NCBI RefSeq assembly: GCF_018977255.1
Contig: NW_024704743.1
Span: forward strand, 24,740,001-24,804,000
Direction of reading: 5' to 3'
Origin: Callorhinchus milii
Taxonomy: Eukaryota
DNA: 64,000 bases
The notes below the pieces were generated by a model. That model was not told the origin of the DNA. It saw only the letters and a list, made by a program, of their open reading frames with translations, and made no database searches. Below are positions 1 through 13,900 of the stretch, piece by piece. Every line of letters begins with the position of its first letter. Position 1 is the stretch's first letter. A program made the translations under genes and the position numbers.

Positions 1-933
1 AGACTTCCTTAGAGAATAGATAATCCAAATTACTTCAGGAACGCAAACATTTACTTACCACCAGATCACGGACCAAGCAGATAAGATTATAATTACAATT
101 AAAATTACGATCATGGAAGATCCCTGCACTAGGAGCCTCCTATGCCTTATTTTTCCAAATTTGTATTTTCGTAAAGGTTAAATCCAGTCACACGGGGTCA
201 ATTAGTATGTTCAGCCATTTGCTATGGATATTCATATTAAATGAACAAGTAACATGAAGCATCACTTCACATCACAAGATCACAATACTGGTCTGGATGA
301 AAAAGGCCGTTGTCCATCCAAACCACCCTCCCTTATTACTGCATCAAGCGCATATGTTTTTTTTAAAAAAAACATGTCTAGTGTCCTGGTCTCTATCACC
401 TTTTCTGGTAACCTGTGCTAGTTGTTGATTATCTTCTGCATAAAGAAACATTTCCTCGTGTCTGTCCTGAAATTGCCCTTTACAACTCTAAACCTATGTC
501 CTCTTGTTCTTCTTCCCGATTATTGATCTGGGTTTACTTTTTCAATCCTATTTAAAAGTTGTACACCTCTATGTGGTCCTCTCTGACTTGCTTTCTCTCA
601 AGACTGAAGAACCCTAACTTATCTAATGTTGTTCATAGCTCATTCGACTAATACTTGGGATCATCCTTGTTAAATATGACTAATCAGTTCACAATACACT
701 CTAAGGATATCTATTCAAGCTCCTTATTTGGAGTTAGAACCAATGTTCCAAAGATCTGTAATAGGAACCCTGATAAATTATATACAATTGGTTTCCTATC
801 CTTTTGTCACTATGTCAGAAGAAGCTTGATATTGTTGCTGTTGAATGGTTCGCCTACATTGCACCTCTTGGACTATTGTTAGTTTGTGTAAACACGTTAT
901 GATTAAACACTGCTGGAGTGTAATAACGATATT

Positions 934-1251
934 AATAATAATAATAATCCTTGCATTTGATATAGCGCTTTTCATGTCGGGAGGACGTCCCAAAGCGCTT
1001 CACAGAATATACTGTAAAGTGAATTGACTGTATATTTGTGGGCGAACGCGGCAGCCAATTGCGCACAGCAATGTCCCACAAACAGTCGTGGATTGAAAAT
1101 GACCAAGTTATTATTGTTTTTGGTTTTTGGAGGGATTATTATTAGGCTCTGTGTGGAGTAAGGAAACTTGCCCAAGGTTTCACCCTGCCTGGAATTGAAC
1201 TCAGGTCTCTCACTTGCAAAGCGAGTGCTCTAACCACTGAGCTACAGGACT
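934..1251 (-). mobile_element. tRNA-derived SINE (short subfamily, L2-type tail)
   Basis: Head GTCCTGTAGCTCAGTGGTTAGAGC (A box), B-box-like GAGTTCAATTCC, tail GGGACGTCCTCCCGACATGAAAAGCGCTATATCAAATGCAAGG(ATT)n. Confidence 0.9.
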
Positions 1252-1337
1252 ACAGTAATCAGCAACAGTGTAAAAATAACATTGTAAGAAATAACATTAA
1301 TAATAATTCTGATTTGGCAGAAAGAAAACATCATTAC

Positions 1338-1943
1338 CTGCTGGTGGTTCCTTTGAATCTCCTTGTTTAGTTATATTTTTTATTGTAGAAACCACATCTT
1401 GTGATGGCTGATACACAATGTTAAAGTCAATAGTTTTGAATATAGATGGTGGGTATGAAAAGTGCCGAGTTATGAACAACTGATCTAAATCTGATTTCCC
1501 AACACCTATGGAAATAATTTTCACACCAACTTTGTTCAAAGATTCAAAAGGTGTTTTCACATCATCTTCTGATGGTGTGGCAGAAATGACCACTGCAATC
1601 TGAGGAACACCTTCATCCTTTCGACTTCCAGCAGATGGTATAAAGTAGTTTGAGCGAAGGTAATCAATAGCATGTCCTGTTTTTAGTCCTGCTCCACCTC
1701 TATAGGTAAACTTCTTCCTTACGTAATTCAGCACCTGGCCCTTTGTGACAAATTGATTCAAGAAGAACTCATTGTGCACGTCCCTGTTATACTGAGCAAG
1801 TCCGATTCTGTATTTATCCGCTCCAATATTCAGCTGGCTAATAGTTTGTGTAAGAAAAAGCTGTATCTGTTGAAACCCTATTTTTCCTATGTTCTGAGAT
1901 CCTTCGACCAGAAATACAACATCAGCAAAAAGCTCAGAAGGAC
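1338..1943 (-). CDS. Gene B VWA exon 7 (606 nt; second N7-like domain)
   Basis: ttgacag|GT CCT...GCA G|gtaatg; DVVFLVEGSQN...YRIGLAQY...AGSRKDEGVPQ. Confidence 0.93.
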
Positions 1944-4900
1944 CTGTCAATTTTAAATAATAAGAGTTAATTTTTAATTCTTAAGCTTTTAAATAGTCAG
2001 TAAGACTTACAAGTGACTAATCGTTATTGCCCAACTAATAACATAATTATCTATATCAGATATGACAGAGTCATTTCAATGAAAAGCAAACAGAAGGATT
2101 AAGAAATGTTGGCCACTTTGAAATATAGATTGAATTTCCATACATGCACATACCAGGATTTGTAAGACAAAAATACTTTGTAGAATATTATTTTCACATT
2201 TTTATCAGTGAAAACCTAATTTTTACATAAATATTACAGCACAGAGGTGGCCATTCAGCCCATCGAGCTTATACTAGTTTGGGCTCCTCCATTGAAGCTA
2301 TAAACTTCAATCCCAATTCCTTGTTCTTTCCCCATACAACAACAACAACTTGCATTTATATAGCACCCTTCATGCGGAGTAGCAACCCACAGTGCTTGAC
2401 AGTGGCAGAGTCTGATCACAAGCCAGGGAGAGGGAGGGGGGAAGAGGTGACCGTAAGCACGGTTAAGAAGCAGCAATGATTGTCTGGGTTCAAAGTAAAA
2501 AGAAAAACTGCACATTAAGTTAGCTTTAGGGTCTAATATATGACAATTTCAAACAGGCTTCTTAATAAGTAAGGAAATGTTCCTTACTAAATAATGATTT
2601 TAGAACTTGCTGCAGAATGATAGTCAAATTATTGTACAGAAACAGACCATTTCAGTCATTTAGAAAGCTTTAACACTCAGACGAAGTCAACATACCCAAT
2701 GTAGGAGTTCTACATAAATTATGGACAATCCTTCTTTTAATGTTATCTAAGTCAGCATAATTCTCGATACTAAATTTTCTGTCTGCTCCTCCAGCGATTT
2801 GTATCAGTTCACTATCAAATGCTCTTCCAACTCCAATGGCAAAAACATTGATCTGTTGTTGCCTCAAACCGTTTGCTGGGGCAACGACACTGTCTTGTGA
2901 TTGTCCATCTGTGATCACAAGAAGGTACTGGGGTACTCCTTCGTTCTTTCGACTCCCTTGAGTTGGTTCAAAGAAACTCTTCACAAATGTTAGGGCCTTT
3001 CCAGTGTTAGTTCCTCCTTCTAGCTGGCTCATTTTGTCAATACTATCATGAAGTGTACTTTGGCCAATAGATCTACTCAGGTAACTTTCTGCCTTTTGTT
3101 TTGTGCTGTACTGGCCCAATGCGAATTGGAATTTTCTTTCACCAATGTCAAACATTTTTGTGAAGTCTTTCAAGAATTTCTTCATAAGTTGGAAGTCACT
3201 TTTTGCGATACTTGACGATCCGTCGATTAGAAAAACAATATCTGCTTTGTCAAGCTCACATTCTGTGGGAGATAAAACACAAAATTACAATACTTTGGTT
3301 TTAAAAATTCTTTGTCAACAAAATGTCCATTTTTTGAAAAACAAAGAGCAGAACAATTTGTACCAAATGATATGTACCAAAAATCATTAAATGCTTTGAA
3401 GATACCATGATTTTATCTCAAATGGACTAAAGTATACCACTTAGGTTTTATAAATTGCTCACCTGGTTTAGAACCAACGCAGAGTATTTTAGAAATATTC
3501 TTTGATAAATATTTCAAGGCTTCAAAATCCTGAACCTTAAAGAACTTCTCTCGTGAACCTCCAATCTCTAGAAGTTCATCTTCATTGGCACCAGCTACAC
3601 CAACAGCATAGATATCAACACCGCTGCTTCTGATGGCTTTAGCTTCAGCTAGTAAGTCTGATTTGTCTGTAGCTTCCCCATCAGTTATGACTACTAAGAA
3701 CTGTGGAACCCCTTGTTGTTTTCGACCTCCTCCTACTGGATCTAATAGACTGGTTGCATGTTTGAGGGCCATTGCTGTGTAAGTCGATCCTCCTGCCTGT
3801 TGTATTCCATAAATTGCATCACCGACCTCAGTTTTTGTTGTGTATTCATCAAGCTTGAATATTGTTTGGGGTCGGTCACCATAGATAACGGCTCCGAACT
3901 GCACTTTGTCCACTGCAACATCAGAGCTGTTCACCACTGCTGCCATGAAGTGCTTCATGCTGTCAAACTGAGCAGGGCCTATACTACCTGACCCATCTAC
4001 AACAAAAACGATGTCTGCAACTTCTGCTTTCTGGCAATCTGTGAAGGGTAATATGCAAACAATGAATTAGACAACGCTCAAATGTCAACTGGTTGTTTTA
4101 AGCATTTTACACTATCCTGACACAATGGGAATAATTCTCTTCTGACCAACACATTTTTCAACCTCAGTGAGCAAGCTTGCCCATTTCTTTGCTTATTGGG
4201 CGCAGGCAATGTCCCACATACAGACAATTTTATTTGGGGCATTGCTGTCCAGGACACTGGGAGATACTCCCTACTCTTTTCCAATCATCCTGTGCGATAT
4301 TTTACATTGATCTGAACAGATGGGAACGTGAATTTTAATGTCTCATTTGAAGAACGACCCAATGCAACACCCCCCCAGCACTGTTTTGGACTAGAATGAG
4401 TTCAAGTCCCGACATGGCACTTAAATCCACAACTTTCTGACTCAGAAGCAAGAGCGTTACCAACTGAACCAGGTTGACAACAATAAACTGCATTTATATA
4501 GCACCTTTCACATTGGGAGGAAATCCCAAGGCACTGGACCGGTAAGGGTTTGCACCTGAGCTGGGGGTTGGATTTGGCGGGGATAGAAATTTCCATTTGT
4601 CTGCCTGGAGTGATACACACTGCTTACCTAATACCAGAGTGTATAATGGAACCTGGTTATGACATGATGGTTGGGATCCATAAAATCTCAACCTGTCTTG
4701 TTCATGATCAATGGGATCACTTGTCAGTGCTTCCACATGCACTGTGCACGGATGCACTTGGCCTTCTTGCTTCCCAAGTGCCAGCTGGCTCCCATGGTAC
4801 AAAAAAAAATGCTGTCGTCAGCCAACCACCAACATTACTTTCTGCATGCTGTGCATGCTGGCAATCTGATGCCCTGAAAGTCAGTCCTTCTTTAATACAG

Positions 4901-7900
4901 GAGATGGATGGCATGCAGGAAACAAATGGGACTTTATTTGGATTTTTTCATGATAATGTGTCAGGGTCCATATCCCAAACCAAGCCTGGGTTATGTACTA
5001 TATATTGTACTATTTGAGATGCAGATGAGCCAGATCCAAGACTTGGGGAAGGAACCCAGAGGATGCGTGAGGTGACTGCTGTCTAATTGAAAGTGGTTGG
5101 CAAAATGCCTCATTGCTTTTCAGGAATACTGTTTGATTATGAACATAGTCTTCAGGTGGATTGCCAGTGTATAATGTTGCATTTAATATGCACTCTCTTG
5201 ATTTTAAAACCAATATGGAAAAATGTAGCTTACCTTCCCAGGGACTGCAAATCTCCCATAAAATTTGCTTCTGTATTTCTGTTAGAGCATCAAAGTTTTC
5301 AATGTAATGCACTTTAGTCGGGGATCCTCCAATCTCTAAAAGCTGAGTCATATTGGCATTGAAGATACCGATGGCAAAAATAGTGATTCCTTTATCTCTT
5401 AAAGCTTTGGCAGGTGTAAGGACCTCATCCTGTGCCTCTCCATCTGTAATCACTATGAGGTACTGTGCAATATTAGGTCGACCTCCTCTTGATCCATGAA
5501 AGTAATCTGCAGTAAATGTCAGTGCTTGACCTGTTTCAGTTCCTCCTCCCAACTGTTGCATGCTATCCAATTCATGCTGTAGGTCAGGTTTCGCAGAATG
5601 CCTATTAAGCTCGAAAACCAGAGTTGGTGCAGATGAAAACTGTATTGCACCAATCTGAACTTTATCTGATCCAATGTTGACTTTCTTTACAAAAGAGGCC
5701 ATGAAAGCTTTCATTTTCATAAAGTCTTCAGAGTTTATGCTTCCTGATCCATCAATTAGAAAGATGATATCAGCCTTGTTCAGATCACTGCAGGCTAAAA
5801 GAAAAGAAATATTCACATGTTAGATTTTCAAGAAGTTCATCTGTACTCCGATCCTGTAATTGCATTTTTGTAAAAGAAAGAGGGCAGAGAGAAGGGAGAG
5901 AGAGGGAGAGAGAGCGAGACTGTGTGAGACTGTGTGAGAGATGGGGAGAATGTGTGAGAGAGAGGGAGTGAGAGAGGGGGAGAGAAAGAAACAGAAAGAG
6001 TGCGTGAGAGAGTCGAGGGAGAGAGTGATTGAAAGAGTTCGAGAGTGTGTGTGAGAGAGAGAAGTGAGAATGATAGAGAGAGAGAGGAGAGAGTGAAAAA
6101 ATAAAATCAAAGAGCAGAGAGAGAAGTGAGGGCAGTGTTTCATGGTTCACGATCAGGACAGATGATTAGAGTCTCCCATGGTCGCTGTGGGGGGCAGAAA
6201 GCTCCCTTTCCCCAGTGAAAAACCTCTCCACGTCCTTTAATCACCCCCACCACCACATCCTACCTCTGTGACCTCTTGACATGGCCATTCCCTTTGCCCA
6301 GCAAACGCCAGCTTGCTTCATGTCTCCCCACATCCCATCTGCCCCACCATTGGACATCCCTGCCCCGCCACCCAGTTCCCGTCCCCTGTCTGGATTTCCA
6401 TTCCTGGAGGCCCTCCAACTCCCTGCTCTTCCCCTCTTTCGAAGCACATCAAAACCTAACTCTCTGACCACTCTTTTGGTTATCTTTTCCCCTCCTCATC
6501 CCACCTCTCTATCAGCTCCCATCCCTAGCTCAGGTTCCAAGCCAGCAATGCCGAGGACTTTGAGATATCCTTCCAATATGAAAAAGATGCTGTGTAAATG
6601 TAATTATGTTTTTGGAAGGAAAACACAAAATATTGTTTTGGAAGGAAAACACAAAACAGAGTATCCGGTCTGCGGCAGCCAAAAGGGTGGACCACCGTGA
6701 TAGGTGATTATATGATTTATATAGATAAGAACATAAAAAATAGGATCAGGAGTAGGTCATTCGGCCCCTCGAGCCTGCCCCGCCATTTAATAAGATCATG
6801 GCTGATCTACTAACCGAATTCCATTTACCCGCCCTATCCCCATATCCCTTAATCCCTTTAGTTTTTAAAAATCTATCAATCTCAGTCTTGAATATGTTCA
6901 ATGACTGAGCATCCACAGTCTTCTGGGGTAGAGAATTCCATAAATTCATTACTCTCTGAGTGAAGAAATGTTTTGTCAACTTAGTCCTGAGACTATGACC
7001 CCTGGTTTTAGATTCTCCAACCAGGGGAAACAGTCTCACACTATCTGCCCTGTCAAGACCCTTAAGAATCTTATATGTTTCTATAAGATCACCTCTAATT
7101 CTTCTATATTCTAAAGAATATAGGCCTAGTCTACTCAGAATATAGGCTTAATCTACTCAGACTTATGCGAGTTTTACTGTAGTGTGAGATAGCTCAGTGT
7201 ATCTCTGTGAAAGCCCAACTGGAGTCTCAGTCACAGAATCAAATTCCAATTGTAAGGAGCATTCAAGCCTGATTTCTCTGCATGGTGCGCTTCACCAGTT
7301 TTACCTTTACTCAGAGATGAGAGTGCTACTCTTTCAGCCAACTGATATAAAAAAAACACAGTGACAATCTTCCTTTGAAAAGAGAGGAAGAACATTATAG
7401 CTTTCAAAAAGAATCCAAAGATTGTTATTTCAACACACTTTGGATTGTGTGTTAAAAAGTGACGTGCAGAGAGAAATTCCACCTAGGTCTCATTTTCAAT
7501 TTATGTAGTATTTCAATATCAGAATTTAGCAGATTCTTAAACACAGCCTTATTTTGAAGCCAGTTTTCTGCACTTTGTTTTAAAAAGAACTCCAGATAAC
7601 TGGTTCCAAAGAATTCAACAGTTTGACAAATTCTGGTCACTCTAAACCACTACGTACACAGACTATCTGTGACACACTTGCCTTTCCCAGGTGGAATTTC
7701 TCCTCACTTGTTTCTTTTACAAGCGTGAGGGACCTGGATTCCTCTTTAAATGTTAATTTCCTTTCCAAATCCTTGGTATTACAAGTATAGTAATGAATCC
7801 AGTTTTCTTCTTTATGACCAAAAGAAAGCATCAGATCAGAATCAGTTCTGGAATAGCTTATCAATCACAAGCCTGGAGGAAATGTAACATTTTAGCGTGT

Positions 7901-10900
7901 CCAGAAATTGCCGAATTGTTGAATTCATTCAACTTTGAAAAAAACTTCCAGAAGAAATGGTTTCAAAATTAATAATAATAATAATCCTTGCATTTGATAT
8001 AGCGCTTTTCACATCTTCCAGATGTCTCAAAGCGCTTCACAAAATATGCTGTCAAGTGAATTGACCGTATATTTGTGGGTGAAACGCGGCAGTCAATTGC
8101 ACACAGCAGTGTCACACAGACAGTGGTGGATTGAAAATGACCAATTTATTATTGTTTTTTTTTGGAGGTATTGTTATCAGGTGTGTGGAGTAAAAAAACT
8201 TGCCCAAGGATTCACCCTGCCTGCAATTGAACCCAGGTGTCTTGCTTGTAAGGCGAGTGCTCTAACCACTGGGCTACAATTTCTTAAATAATGTCTTAAA
8301 ATTAAGACAGTATTTAAGAAATTGAAAAACTCTGGGCACTGTGAAAGGTTAAGCAAATAGAGTAAATCTAGAGCAGTTATAATTTGTGTAAATGGACAAA
8401 AATTCTGTTGAGTACTTCATTCAACACTCCCCTCAGACCTGCACCAACCCAGAGCACCTGCTAACAATGTTACCCTTAAATCTTTTCTATTTGTCAATGT
8501 GTCACTAACTGGAGTGTACAAATCTAAGTGAATGGATTTGAACATGAATATGAGGATCTTGAAGTTGATCTGTTCAGTGATGGGAAACCAGTGGAGTCAG
8601 TCCAGAACTGGTGAGATGTTGGTACGGAGTTTGGTCCGGATCAGTATGCACATACACACTCTCTCTCTCCCTTTTCCCTCAATAATAATAATAATCTTTG
8701 CATTTGATATAGTGACTTATCCATAGACTGCAGATCATCCAGAACTCTACAGCCGATGTACTCTCCCATACCAGGCTCCGTGACACTATCACCCCCATTC
8801 TCGCCTGACTTCCGATCACACAGAGGATACAGTTCAAGATCCTGGTCCTCACCTTCAGAGCACTCTATGGCCTTGCTCCCTGCTACCTCTGCGACCTCCT
8901 AACCCCCTACCTTCCTGCTCGCTCCCTCCACTCAGGGGGCTCCAGCCTGCTTCACATCCCCCACCTCACTCGCCCCACTATTGGTGGGCAATCGGTAAGG
9001 AGACACACTTGCCTTTCCCTCATCTCCAGAGGGACTCCATGACACACTGCAGCCACAGGCAGTATTACCACTCCCCGTAACTCCATCCCCTCACCCCTGG
9101 CTGTTGTGCATGATGACGTTGATGTTATGCCCCGGGTAGGGAGAGCATGGAGAGCATTGGGGTGCACACATGCTGTGTTCAGTTTGAGGCAAACGCAGGA
9201 AACAAAAGTTTGGCCCGAAAGCAGCCAGTGTTGTTGTGGCATTATAAGTTACGCAGTGATTAATATGACTAGTGCATATAAATTGAAGTAAATTTAATTG
9301 GAAATTGACTGGGATTTGGGCGGATGTACAACTTAGGCAATTATATGATTTATACCCATCAAACTTATACGAGTTTTACTGGATAACTCCCGACACACAG
9401 GGTCTCAGATCTTGCATCCCAGAGCGCTGAATACCAGAGCATACAGGGCAAATGGGCAGAGGCAAACAGTGGGATGTCTCAAGGCTCTGTAGGATACCCT
9501 TACAGTTTTTGCATGTGTTAAAGATCTGGATTTGTGTTAACTTGGGGAGCTTTCTCATGGGGTGTTCTTGCACAAGGTGAAGACAAAAGCATAAACAGGA
9601 AAAATCTAGTGAAGAATCACCCACAAATAAATATTAAACATCCGAAGTTTGTAAAAATCTGAGTTTCAAAGTTCAACTCATACTGAATACTTAGAGAAGT
9701 TTGTTAGCCTCTTACCTGCTTTTGAACAGATGTCCCGCAGAAGATTGTCTCCCATACTTGTCAATGTATCAAAGTTATGAGTGTAAAATACTTTTTCAGG
9801 ACCATCTCCAATCACCAATAGTTCAGGCTCGTTAGCCTTACCCACACCTACAGCATACATAACAATTCCCTCTTGTCTTAATTGTTCAGCAGGCGCCATT
9901 ACATTATCCTGAGACTTTCCATCTGTAACGGTGATCAGAAAACGCTGTACTCTAACTCCGCGACTTCTTTCTGCCTCTCTGAAGTGAGTTTTCATGAAGC
10001 TGAGGGCTTGGCCAGTATTAGTGCTGCCTCTGATTTGACCAATCTTTTGAATTGCTAACTCTACCTCTGAGTTACTGGTATATTGAGTAATGTTAAATTC
10101 TGTTTGCGGTTTTGAAGCATATTGGGCAACACCAATCCGAACCTTGTCTGGACCAACACTGAAGCCTCTCACTACCCTCATCATAAACGTTTTAATGAGT
10201 CTGAAGTTTTCAGGTTTTATGCTCCCTGATCCATCGACCAGGAAAAAAATATCGGCTTCTTCAGTTTTAACACAACCTGAAAAACAGTGATGAAGCTTCT
10301 GTTAGCAAAAAACAAAAGTATGTTTAAAGCTCAATAATCACAAGGTAAGTACATTATTATCTTTCCAACAGCAATCTTCTATCAGACCAGTGGAGTTAAC
10401 ACAAAGCACATTAGCACCCATAAGAGTTCTTTGTCTTTTTAGTCTCTCTGCTACTACCATATTATATGGTAGTATCAGGGAGGCTGAAAAGGCTTTATTT
10501 CATTTCTGTATTATATAAAGCCTTATTTCTGACTTGGAGAGAAAGAGGGTGTTGCCAATGTGGCGAATGATCAGGAATGTTAATTCAGTGAAGCATACCA
10601 AAGCTTGATCTGGCTGGGTAAGCAAGTGTGTTAAAATGGGAAAGAATTTTCATAATAATGATTGTTAATTTGTGTAAACACGTTATGATTAAACACTGCT
10701 GGAGTGTAATAACGATATTAATAATAATAATAATCCTTGCATTTGATATAGCGCTTTTCATGTCGGGAGGACGTCCCAAAGCACTTCACAGAAGACACTG
10801 TAAAGTGAATTGACTGTAAATTTGTGGGCGAACGCGGCAGCCAATTGCGCACAACAATGTCCCACAAACAGTCGTAGATTGAAAATGACCAATTTATTAT

Positions 10901-13900
10901 TGTTTTTGGAGGGATTATTATTAGGCGTGTGGAGTAAGGAAACTTGCCCAAGGTTTCGCCCTGCCTGGAATTGAACTCAGGTCTCTCGCTTGCAAAGCAA
11001 GTGCTCTAACCACTGAGCTACAGGACTCCAATATTATCAAGCAAGGTAACTATTTATGTGGTTCAATGCTGGACCACAATCCCACACAGCCAGAGTATAT
11101 CTGTACACAGGAAGCCCATTTTCACAAATGTGCTTTGGTAGATGACAAGCTCAATAATCACTGGGTGAGTACATTATTTTTTCTCCAAAGGCATTTTTTC
11201 TGTCAGATCAGTGGAGTCACCACAAGCTGCAAATAAAAACGTGATAAGTCTTATTATTTCTAAATAAAGATTTTAGAGGACACAGTAGATTTAAATCTTC
11301 CATCTCCTCTCCTGAAAAATACAAGTATATAACGAATAATTATTCTGTTCAAATAATAAATTGCCATTCCTCACCTTGATGAAGCAGCTCTATCTGTTCA
11401 GTTACTATGGATGTCTGTTTAACGAGCTCAAAGCAAATCTTCTTCAGGATGTTGGTCCCATGTTTTTGTAACAATTCAAACTTAGGTAGGTTTGTCATAT
11501 AATTTTCAAAAGGATGTGAAGCAATACTTTGGAGTTCACTTTTGCTGGTGCCTATTGCAAAAACAGTAACACCAGCTTGTCGAAGAGCAGCCGCAGGGTA
11601 AGTCACATCATCCTGAGACTTTCCTTCAGTGATCACCACCGCAATTTGTGGAACTCCTTGATCTGCCCGACCACCAGCAATTGAAACAAAGCTATTCTGT
11701 GTTGTATAGTCAATCGCAGCTCCAGTAAGAGACTCTCCTTTCCTGTAAGGTATGCTTTTCAAGCGCTGGAGCATATCAGTCTTGTTTAGAGGTGTATCAA
11801 GATAAAACACTGGCATTGTGATCGTACTATACAGAGACAAACCCACTCTCACTCGGTCCATCTCAATGTCAAATGCACTGATAACATTGGACAGAAACTC
11901 TCGGATCAGCTGAAAGTTGGTTTCTCCGAGGCTACCCGATCCATCCACCAGGAAAATGATATCAGCCACTGAGTAAGCCTGGCACACTAAAAAAAAGACA
12001 TTATAAATCCATGGTAAGTACATGACAATATGTCTTCAAGTACAATGCTTCCTGAAACAAAATAACTTGGTGGTGTTCAATGAAGAAATAGAAAGAGAAA
12101 AGTATCAGATTTTAGCCCTCAACAACAGATAAACACTGAAAAAATAATCTAAAAATATGCCAGGCACTAGGAAAAAACCACCAACTTGATAGTTTACATC
12201 AATGTTACTTTAAATTGCTTTTAAATTGGGAACACTGCGTATTTTACCACCCAGATCTCGTTTCATGTTTTCAGGGAGGATGGAGCAAGGTGGAGGGATT
12301 CCTGTATGTATAGAAAAGGAATTTTCTTAAAAATCTGAATTTGGCATTTTTTGTCACACCCTATACAGAGAGTGGCAAAGGATTGTGTAAAGTAAAATAT
12401 TACATATTCAACACACTTTCCAATAGCCACATTTTTTCATAGCACTAGAGGGCAAATGCATTTCTGATTCTGTCGTTTCACTAATATTTGGTGAAGAGTT
12501 TAGTCATGGCAATCCCACAGTTGGGGAGGATTCACCAAATCAAAAGTTTGATCAGTCCCAACAATGTGAGGTTAGAGCCTGACTGGAGTCCCATATTGTA
12601 GAGTCCAAAGAGACGATAATAAAGACCAATGCCTTTGTATTTCTTTACACCATCACAGGCAGTTACATATTATACTACTACTACTAATAATAATAATAAT
12701 AATCTGTGCATTTCATATAGTATCTTAACACTTTGTTGAGACGTCTCAAAGTGCTTCACAGAATATATAGATTGACTGTATTTATTTTTGTGGGCAATAT
12801 GTGGCAGCTAATTGCACACAATAGTGTGCGACAAACAGTCAAGGATTGAGTGACCAAATTATTATTATTTTTTTGGAGGAATTATTACTCCCCGGAAAGC
12901 GATCTGCTAATCAACTAACAATTGGATTCCTACTTACTGCTGGGTGAACAGAGAATTAGTATCATAAAAGGCACAAAGATCAGGGAGCTTTCCGGGGAGT
13001 AATAATTCCTCCAAAAAAATAATAATAATTTGGTCACTCAATCCTTGACTGTATGTTTTACATCCAATACACAAAAACATAAACGATAAACATGAATTCG
13101 GGCCTTTCACTATCATAAAAGTTTGTCATTTGCCTTTTAGACAGCAAAGAAGATTGGCTAGCTACATCAACACTGTTGCTACAAGAGCAGAGGCTAGGTA
13201 CTCTGTGAAGAGTCACTCACCTTCCAACTCCTCAATTGCTCTCCAAATCTACAAGGGTCAAGTCAGAAAATGGAATACTCACCACTTGCCTTAATGGGTA
13301 CAGCTAAAACAACACTTGAGAAGATCAACATCAACCAGGAAAAAGAGGTTCACTTTATTGGCACCGCAGCCTCTCAAGTCAAAATTCACTCTTACACTCA
13401 CTGACGGACTGTGGCTACAGTGTATACTACCCATAGAATGCGCCTTGAGACGTCCTCCCGACCTGAAAGATGCTACACAAATGTAATTGTGCATTGTATT
13501 GTAGTGCACGACAGCAACTCACCAACATGTCTTCAACAGCACTTCTCAGCCACAAAACCTTCAACATCCAGGATGTCATGGGTGGGTGAGATCATGGGGA
13601 TGACATCACTCCTAAGTTCTCCTTCAAGTCACTCCTGACTTGGATGTATAATCATTATTCTTTCATCTTTGCTGAGTCAAAATTCTGGATCTGGTAATTC
13701 CCTATCCATCAGCACTGTGGGAGTGGCGTCGCCACAAGAGCTTTCGCCAGTTAATAGAGAAGATTCACCACGACCTTCTCAGGGCAACCAGGAAAGAACA
13801 ATTACATGCTGACTTTCCCAGTGTTTCCCACATGTAAAAAGCTCCCGAGGTGATGTGATCCAATGTCTAACAAAGGAAGCATATTTCTAAGGTTTGCTTA

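Noticed and set aside
5785..6150. Ser/Leu/His-rich ORFs
   Set aside because: Translations of the (TC)n low-complexity tract.
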